A stretch of DNA of 64,000 nt from a virus. The stretch spans positions 1 through 64,000 of IMG/VR virus record IMGVR_UViG_3300005805_000058; one strand, written 5' to 3'. How positions within the stretch are numbered: the stretch's first letter is position 1; each line of letters opens with the position of its first letter. Shown piece by piece: positions 57,891 through 64,000 of this stretch. The position numbers and the translations under genes are program-made. A model generated the notes under the pieces. That model made no database searches. It was not told where the DNA came from and saw nothing but the letters and a program-made list of their open reading frames with translations.

Positions 57891-58547
57891 ATGCGTAAAG
57901 TATTGATAGGCACTCCTTCATACGATGGGAGAATAGATGTTTGGTTTGCAAACAGCTTGGTTTCTACAGTGAAAATGTCCTATGAAAAGGACATACATGT
58001 TCACGCTATATACACAAGCTATGATTCTCTCATACAAAGAGCTAGGAACTCTCTCTTTAGACTTGCTCTACAGGGGGGATATGATGACCTATTCTTTATA
58101 GATAGTGATGTTGAATGGGAACCTGAATGGTTCTTTAGGCTTCTTGAAAGACCAGAACCTATTGTGGGATGTGCTCTCATCAAAAAGGCTGAGAATGAAG
58201 GATATACAGTGAAGCTAGTGAACAAAAACTTGAAGTGGTCTAATGATAAAAAGCTCTTAGAAGTGGATGGTGTGGGCACAGGCTTTATGAAGGTGAGTAG
58301 ATTTGCTTTGGAAAAGCTATGGGAGATGAGTGATAAGTATATGTCAGAAGGTGAGGAGCACAGAATGATTTGTGACATTCGTGTAGAGAATGGAGATTTG
58401 ATTAGTGAGGATTATATTGTGTGCAGGAAGTGGCAAGACTTAGGATATAAGATATGGCTTGATCCAACAATCACCATCAACCATATTGGTATTAAGAAAT
58501 ACAAAGGTGATTTTAATGCGTTCATAAAAAAGAACGGATATGTTTGA
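57891..58547 (+). CDS. GT-A fold (GT2-like) glycosyltransferase
   Basis: GTP.YDG, SLI.RARN, LFFIDSD (DxD), GTGFM, SED..C..W...G.KIW.DP...H.G. Confidence 0.85.
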   Translation: MRKVLIGTPSYDGRIDVWFANSLVSTVKMSYEKDIHVHAIYTSYDSLIQRARNSLFRLALQGGYDDLFFIDSDVEWEPEWFFRLLERPEPIVGCALIKKAENEGYTVKLVNKNLKWSNDKKLLEVDGVGTGFMKVSRFALEKLWEMSDKYMSEGEEHRMICDIRVENGDLISEDYIVCRKWQDLGYKIWLDPTITINHIGIKKYKGDFNAFIKKNGYV

Positions 58548-59445
58548 CAAACCAATGGGAGGCACAGAGCTCATGTACAATGAGCTAATGCGCAGATTAC
58601 CAGATAGTTACAAAGAGAAGTTTTCTATATTTAACTACATATCACAGGCAGACTTTTCTAAAACCACAGTGTATTGGAACCAGTTGTCATATGATCAACA
58701 GGGTGTACAGTGGTTGTCAGACAAGAAGAACATAGACATGATTGATCATTTTGTCTTTGTTAGCTACTGGCAAGCTGAGAAGTACAGACAGATATTTGGC
58801 ATTCCTGGATACAAAACAACTGTTATACAGAATGCTTGTATTGGTGTTCCTGATGTCACACGTAACAATGATGTTATTAGGATGTGTTATACATCCACTC
58901 CATACAGAGGACTAGATGTTCTCATAGAGGCTTGGGATAAGTTAAACCCCAAGAACTGTGAGCTGCACGTGTTCTCGAGCTGTAAGATATACGGTCCTGA
59001 TTTTGCTCATACAGAGGAACCTAAATACACTGACCTGTACAATAGGTGTCTCAATACAAAAGGGATTGTATACAGAGGATCAATAGCTAATGATGAGCTT
59101 AGGAAAGAACTTCCTACGTTTGACATATTAGCCTATCCAAACACCTTTGAAGAAACCTCATGCATAGCTGTTATAGAAGCTTTGAGTGCAGGGTTGAGAG
59201 TGGTGACTAGCTCCTTGGGAGCATTACCAGAAACTTCAGAAGGTTGGGCTCGCATCTATCCCTATCTAATGGATAAGGACAAACACGCTGAAGTGTTTGC
59301 TTCTGTTCTAAAGGAGGAGATGGAAGCTGTAGGAACCATCAACCTACAACTACAAAAAGAAATCTATGCTCCAAGATGGAGCTGGGATGCAAGAATAAAC
59401 CAATGGATAAACTTTTTAGACACATTAACCCCAAAACAGCTCTAG
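58540..59445 (+). CDS. GT-B fold (GT4-like) glycosyltransferase
   Basis: GGTE, FVS.WQ, YTS.P.RGL..L, and YP..FEETSCI...EA..AG (Ex7E motif). Confidence 0.88.
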   Translation: MFDKPMGGTELMYNELMRRLPDSYKEKFSIFNYISQADFSKTTVYWNQLSYDQQGVQWLSDKKNIDMIDHFVFVSYWQAEKYRQIFGIPGYKTTVIQNACIGVPDVTRNNDVIRMCYTSTPYRGLDVLIEAWDKLNPKNCELHVFSSCKIYGPDFAHTEEPKYTDLYNRCLNTKGIVYRGSIANDELRKELPTFDILAYPNTFEETSCIAVIEALSAGLRVVTSSLGALPETSEGWARIYPYLMDKDKHAEVFASVLKEEMEAVGTINLQLQKEIYAPRWSWDARINQWINFLDTLTPKQL

Positions 59446-60005
59446 ATATTGGAGCACATGTAGGACAATTTACAAGGAGCTTGTTGAAACAGTTTCCTAA
59501 TTGTCAGGTGATTATGGTGGAGGCTAACCCAAAGTGTGAACCACACCTACAGAACACAGGGGTGAAATATGAAATGGTGGCACTCTCTGATTTTAATGGA
59601 GTGGCTAACCTATATATAGAGAACAATGATGAATTAGGAACTGGTGCTTCCTTATACAAGGAAAACACAAATTGGTACAGTGAGGGTAAGAAACAAACTG
59701 TAACAACAAAACGCCTAGATGATTGTAATTATTTTGATGGAGCCCCAATAGATTTGATAAAGATGGATGTGCAGGGTTCTGAATTAGATGTAGTGAGAGG
59801 TGGTTTAAATACAATAAAAAATGCTACCTTTGTGATGATGGAAACTTCTCTTCTACAATACAACCAAGGAGCTCCTTTGATTGATGCTGTAGTGGAGAGA
59901 ATGATTAGTTTAAACTTCTGCATGTGGGATATTGTTGAATATCACAAGCTTTCAGACGGAACAATTTTCCAATTAGATATATTATTTAAAAACTTAAAAC
60001 AATAA
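59403..60005 (+). CDS. FkbM-family SAM-dependent methyltransferase
   Basis: LDIGAHVG, EANP, RLDD, IKMDVQGSEL.V..G, Q.D..F. Start is probably ATG 59403 (the ORF track uses 59376). Confidence 0.88.
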   Translation: MDKLFRHINPKTALDIGAHVGQFTRSLLKQFPNCQVIMVEANPKCEPHLQNTGVKYEMVALSDFNGVANLYIENNDELGTGASLYKENTNWYSEGKKQTVTTKRLDDCNYFDGAPIDLIKMDVQGSELDVVRGGLNTIKNATFVMMETSLLQYNQGAPLIDAVVERMISLNFCMWDIVEYHKLSDGTIFQLDILFKNLKQ

Positions 60006-60012
60006 TAGAGCC

Positions 60013-60363
60013 ATGAAAATGCTATTTGCTAAGATTAATCCAGTTGCTGAGATCCCTGAGATGGAATCTCCTTTCGAGTATGTTGTAAAACAAGCTGACT
60101 ACCTTACAGCTGTTGCTTCTCCCTATCGCTTAGGTGCTGAAGAAGTGAACTTCAGTCTCATCTATGGAACAGCTACATTTGATGCTGAAGGAAACATGGA
60201 AACATTTACACGTTTGCTTGGTGGATCACTTACACTTGGTGCTCCTTACATTCAAGAATGGGGTATTGATGATTCTGTAATCCTTGAAACAATCTGTGAA
60301 CAAGTGGGTACAGAAGCTATTGAGTTCATCGAGGGTGATCCAAAGGACTTCAATCCATTCTAA
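60013..60363 (+). CDS. Acidic hypothetical protein (WGxDD motif)
   Basis: 116-aa ORF with structural-gene-like codon usage; C-terminal WGIDDSVI. Confidence 0.65.
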   Translation: MKMLFAKINPVAEIPEMESPFEYVVKQADYLTAVASPYRLGAEEVNFSLIYGTATFDAEGNMETFTRLLGGSLTLGAPYIQEWGIDDSVILETICEQVGTEAIEFIEGDPKDFNPF

Positions 60364-60387
60364 TTTACAAACAAAACCAACGACATA

Positions 60388-61209
60388 ATGGTAAAGAAGA
60401 TATTCTACAACAGCTCTCTTCCAAGAGCTGGAAGTACACTTATTCAGAATATTCTAGCACAGAATCCACTAATACACTCTACACCAACCTCTGGTATATT
60501 TGAGCTGTACATGAATGCTCGTAACTATTTCTCTAATGGAATAGAATTCAAAGCACAAGATCAGCAACAAATGGAGAATGGGTTTAAGGGGATGTTGAAA
60601 GATGGACTGTATGGATTTTACAATGCTATAACTGATCGTCCTTATGTCATAGAAAAGTCTAGGGGATGGGGGATGGAGCGTGAGTTCATTCATGCTTTTG
60701 ATCCCAACCCCAAGATTATTTGTATGATTAGGGACATACGTGCTATATATTCATCATTAGAGAAGAAGTATAGACAGAATCCTCTTGTTGACACAAACAT
60801 TGCTAACTGGGGTAACTTAACAGGTACCACCACAGATAAGCGAATGATTGTATGGTCAAACAATCCTCCTATTGGTCCAGCCCTGGACAGGTTATACCAG
60901 ACACTTGTAGCTGGTACACATCAACACATTCTATTTATTAAGTTTGAAGAGCTATGTGCAGATCCTGATACACAATTAAAACGTGTGTATGAGTATCTGG
61001 AGCTCCCTTATTTTGAACATGACTTCAAAAACATCCAACAGTATTCTGTAGAGGATGATAAATGGTATGGTATATTTGGTGACCACATCATCCGTGGAGA
61101 ACTTAAACCTGTAAAGGATGACTATAAAGAAGTGTTAGGTCCTAATGCTTGTAAGATTATAGAGGATAGTTACATGTGGTTCTTTAATGATTTTGGATAT
61201 AAAATTTAA
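60388..61209 (+). CDS. PAPS-dependent sulfotransferase
   Basis: 5'-PSB motif SLPRAGSTL, EKSRGW, 3'-PB motif RD.RAI.SS, and (F/Y)E.L...P...L..VY.YL. Confidence 0.88.
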   Translation: MVKKIFYNSSLPRAGSTLIQNILAQNPLIHSTPTSGIFELYMNARNYFSNGIEFKAQDQQQMENGFKGMLKDGLYGFYNAITDRPYVIEKSRGWGMEREFIHAFDPNPKIICMIRDIRAIYSSLEKKYRQNPLVDTNIANWGNLTGTTTDKRMIVWSNNPPIGPALDRLYQTLVAGTHQHILFIKFEELCADPDTQLKRVYEYLELPYFEHDFKNIQQYSVEDDKWYGIFGDHIIRGELKPVKDDYKEVLGPNACKIIEDSYMWFFNDFGYKI

Positions 61210-61212
61210 CGT

Positions 61213-62166
61213 ATGAACGTAGGATATAAAACCGACACAGAGGTACAGGAAACAGAGAAGTTCACTGTACTAGAAGACAGATCTAAAGAAAGTGATAAGT
61301 ATGTAGTGTGGCACATTGAGGGAGGGCTAGGAAAGAACATAGCTGCCACAGCGTTGATTGAGGATGTTAACAAACGCTATCCTGATAGGAAGCTCGTAAT
61401 GGTGGTATCATACCCAGAGATTTTTCTGAACAATCCCCACATACACAGAGTGTACAGAGTGGGTATGACATCTTATTTCTATGATGACTACATCAATGGT
61501 AAGGACACCATCATATTCAGACATGAGCCTTACTTCCAGAGTGATCACATCATGAAGAAGAAACATCTGATTCACAACTGGTGTGACCTGATGAATTTAG
61601 AATACAAGGAACAACTTCCTATATTCTATCCAAACGCTGTACAGAAAGGAATGGTGCATGCATTCATGCGTGAGAAACCCATCCTACTTATACAGACTAA
61701 CGGTGGTGCTCTTAACAGCAACATGTCCTACTCATGGACAAGAGACATGCCTTTCTATGTAGCTATGGCTATTGCTGAGAGATATGCAAACTCCCATCAC
61801 ATTATACAGGTGACACGTCCTAACACACCTCTAATCCCTGGAGCTGAACAGTTCTTCCATCAGATGACTAACTTTGAGCAGTTCTCAATGATAGCAGCTT
61901 CTGACAAACGTGTATTGATTGATTCTTCTCTACAGCACGCATCTGCAGCCATGGGATTGAGATCTACAGTGTTATGGATAGGAACATCTCCTGTCAACTT
62001 TGGATATAACATACACAATAACATTGTGGCAAATCCTCCAAAGGGTACAAACAAGTTGATTGATTCTTATATATTTGACTATTCGTTTGAAGGTACACCT
62101 CACGAGTGTCCATATAATGACTTGACAGAAATGTTTAATGTGAATGAAATAATAAAATCAATATGA
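61213..62166 (+). CDS. GT-B glycosyltransferase, GT9 (heptosyltransferase)-like
   Basis: GGLGK.IAATA, YPE.FLNNP, IDSSLQH..AA.G..S.VLW..T.P..FGY. Confidence 0.75.
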   Translation: MNVGYKTDTEVQETEKFTVLEDRSKESDKYVVWHIEGGLGKNIAATALIEDVNKRYPDRKLVMVVSYPEIFLNNPHIHRVYRVGMTSYFYDDYINGKDTIIFRHEPYFQSDHIMKKKHLIHNWCDLMNLEYKEQLPIFYPNAVQKGMVHAFMREKPILLIQTNGGALNSNMSYSWTRDMPFYVAMAIAERYANSHHIIQVTRPNTPLIPGAEQFFHQMTNFEQFSMIAASDKRVLIDSSLQHASAAMGLRSTVLWIGTSPVNFGYNIHNNIVANPPKGTNKLIDSYIFDYSFEGTPHECPYNDLTEMFNVNEIIKSI

Positions 62167-62633
62167 TAATAGTGTTGTTTGGGCAGCCACATTGTGGTAA
62201 ATCAACTCTAGCCAAAGAATTAGAAATGTCTAGAGTGTTATATGGAGCAGTGAACATTGATGGTGATGAGCTTAGGAAGTTGTTTGTAAACACAGACTAC
62301 AGCAGAGAAGGAAGACTTAGAAACTTGAATAGGGCTAGTGACATTGCTACATACCTAAACCATATGGGTGATGATGTTATCCTATCTCTTGTCTATCCTT
62401 ACAAAGAAGCTAGAGACTATTTAAACAGTTTATGCAAGGATGTACATTGGATCTATCTCACTTACGAAGGTGAGAGAGGAAGAGAGAACTTTCATGTGAA
62501 AGACTTTGATGTTCCAACAGATGAACGTATATTGCACCTGGATACATCAAAGATGTCTCCATTTGATTGTGTAACTGAAATACTTAAATATGCAAAACTA
62601 TCTAGCAAAAGCAACAGCTCCATCATCTTCTAA
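62163..62633 (+). CDS. cysC: Adenylyl-sulfate (APS) kinase-like P-loop kinase
   Basis: GQPHCGKSTLA, IDGDELR, YS.EGR..N, SLV.PY...R, F.VP; shortened lid region. Confidence 0.75.
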   Translation: MIIVLFGQPHCGKSTLAKELEMSRVLYGAVNIDGDELRKLFVNTDYSREGRLRNLNRASDIATYLNHMGDDVILSLVYPYKEARDYLNSLCKDVHWIYLTYEGERGRENFHVKDFDVPTDERILHLDTSKMSPFDCVTEILKYAKLSSKSNSSIIF

Positions 62634-62988
62634 CTCAAAGAAGTATGCAATGTTTATTGGAAGATGGCAACCTTGGCATTCAGGTCACAGGTGGTTAATT
62701 GACCAAGCCCTTAATGAGGGTAAACATGTTTTGTTATGTATTAGAGAAGTGGAACCAGATGAGAAGAATCCCTGGACACCTGGACAAGTTTTATTAAATT
62801 TAGCAAATGAACTGGAAGAACTGGTGGAATCAGGAAGACTCAGAATTATTACTATTCCTGATATTGAATCTATTAACATTGGTCGTGGTATCGGTTATGA
62901 TGTCATAGAACACATACCACCTCAAGACATACACGATATATCTGCTACAAGAATTAGAGAACAAATGAAAGCAGAGGGTAAGTTATGA
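62590..62988 (+). CDS. HxGH nucleotidyltransferase (cytidyltransferase-like)
   Basis: FIGRWQPWHSGH and C-terminal ISATRIR. Confidence 0.8.
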   Translation: MQNYLAKATAPSSSNSKKYAMFIGRWQPWHSGHRWLIDQALNEGKHVLLCIREVEPDEKNPWTPGQVLLNLANELEELVESGRLRIITIPDIESINIGRGIGYDVIEHIPPQDIHDISATRIREQMKAEGKL

Positions 62989-63209
62989 TAGTAGAAACAA
63001 AAAGACATATAGCCAAAACTATAAGCTACCGCATTATAAGCACACTGATTGGTGTGCTTACTATGTTTGTAGTGACAGGATCTATAAAAGCAGGAGCTGC
63101 ATTTGGTGCAGCTGAGCTTTTATGGAAGCCCATACAATATTACATCCACGAACGTATTTGGTATAAGTGGGTTAGATATGGCCTAAGAGCGCAAAAACAA
63201 CCTGACTAG
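62985..63209 (+). CDS. DUF2061-like small membrane protein
   Basis: RH.AKTISYRI, two hydrophobic helices, K...YY.HER.W. Confidence 0.75.
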   Translation: MIVETKRHIAKTISYRIISTLIGVLTMFVVTGSIKAGAAFGAAELLWKPIQYYIHERIWYKWVRYGLRAQKQPD

Positions 63210-63999
63210 CGTCTATCTTCCTATGGCATTCAAACTGCCTATCTGTTCCTTTGTGAACAGGACACCAATCCCAATCTCCTGCATCAAATCTATATTCAGG
63301 TTTATTCCAGCATCCGTGACACACGTTTGTGTTATCTATTCTGATGCATTTAAACTCATGGTCAGCATCTGTAAAGTTGCTAATCATCACCACCTTTTTG
63401 TTCATAGCCCAAGCTAACCAGCTCAGTCCACTAGATAGTCCTATGAATAGATGACTGTGATGAATGACATTCATGGTGTTCTCCATGGATGTATCTTCTA
63501 TTTGCTCACAGTTGTCAAAAGGATTCTTCTCCTTAGATACATTTATCACTCTGTATCCCTTCTCATGCAGGAAGTTGATTACTGCCTGCCATCCCTCTTT
63601 GGTCCAGAACTTACAGCCAGATGTAGAATTAGTGGCTATTGTAATATACTTACCGTATGGATTATCACTAGCATCAAAATCAATTCTTGGTTTAATCTCT
63701 TGATAATCAACGCCCAAGATGTTTGTTGCTGTTTCTTGTAGGTTAACTGTGTTACAAAGCTTGGGCTCTCTATCACTGTCATAAAACCAACCCACATTGT
63801 ACATACCCATGATGTTGTTAACTACAGATCCTGGATTGACAAATTCAATCTCTGGATAGACATTCTTGAATAGGAAGTTTTTGAATGTGCTCACTATTAC
63901 ATGGCAGTTATGTTTCTTCTGAAACTCTAGAACATATGGCATCCATGCTATTGTATCTCCCAGTGACTTGCTGTCAAAAGCTATGTACACACGCTGGTT
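63172..63999 (-). CDS. TibC/Aah-type (autotransporter strand-loop-strand) protein O-heptosyltransferase, 5'-truncated
   Basis: Frame stays open to the window edge (NQRVYIAFDSKSLGDTIAW.PY). Also K.W....W..V..FL...GY, FIGLSSGLSWLAW, ISNFT...EF and the Cys cluster CHGCWN...WCP.HKGT.RQFEC...I typical of the Fe-binding TibC family. Confidence 0.85.
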   Translation of the reverse strand, partial: NQRVYIAFDSKSLGDTIAWMPYVLEFQKKHNCHVIVSTFKNFLFKNVYPEIEFVNPGSVVNNIMGMYNVGWFYDSDREPKLCNTVNLQETATNILGVDYQEIKPRIDFDASDNPYGKYITIATNSTSGCKFWTKEGWQAVINFLHEKGYRVINVSKEKNPFDNCEQIEDTSMENTMNVIHHSHLFIGLSSGLSWLAWAMNKKVVMISNFTDADHEFKCIRIDNTNVCHGCWNKPEYRFDAGDWDWCPVHKGTDRQFECHRKIDASQVVFALLGHI

Positions 64000-64000
64000 C

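Noticed and set aside
1-64000. Stop-codon reassignment as in some Crassvirales
   Set aside because: Genes tile densely in the standard code, giant ORFs are uninterrupted, and TGA (1317, 62988) and TAG (63209) appear to act as stops.
1-64000. tRNA or rRNA genes
   Set aside because: Intergenic gaps are short and none shows a cloverleaf with a T-loop GTTCRA or rRNA-like sequence.

Overview
The window is a 64 kb piece of a crAss-like (Crassvirales-related, probably environmental) podovirus genome, read in the standard bacterial code, and almost all genes are on the + strand. Promoters matching TTTG-N18-21-TAnnTTTG point to a Bacteroidota host. Gene order: C-terminus of the major capsid protein, conserved head/ring/auxiliary capsid and tail-hub genes, a tail-collar fibre, an HTH-metallophosphoesterase, ring, IHF-like and tail tubular genes, and a muzzle (tail stabilisation) gene that appears split and decorated with poly-Thr and Cys modules. 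Four large ejected 'cargo' proteins follow, including a 3977-aa virion RNA polymerase (DFDID) with a zincin motif. Next is a 5210-aa tail fibre with Gly-Thr-Ser triplet repeats, roughly 250 Cys-rich YadA-head-like repeats and an S74 chaperone. Directly after it lies a modification cluster: GT-A, GT4-like and GT9-like glycosyltransferases, a FkbM methyltransferase, a sulfotransferase, an APS kinase, an HxGH nucleotidyltransferase, a DUF2061-like protein and a convergent TibC/Aah-type protein O-heptosyltransferase. The strongest candidate for an undescribed system is a phage-encoded pathway that O-glycosylates, methylates and sulfates the virion, acting on poly-Thr tails and GTS repeats spread across many structural proteins. 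The second is a cargo polyprotein whose swappable effector modules are separated by x-x-x-GG motifs. All family assignments come from motifs and gene order recognised by eye; no database search was run.
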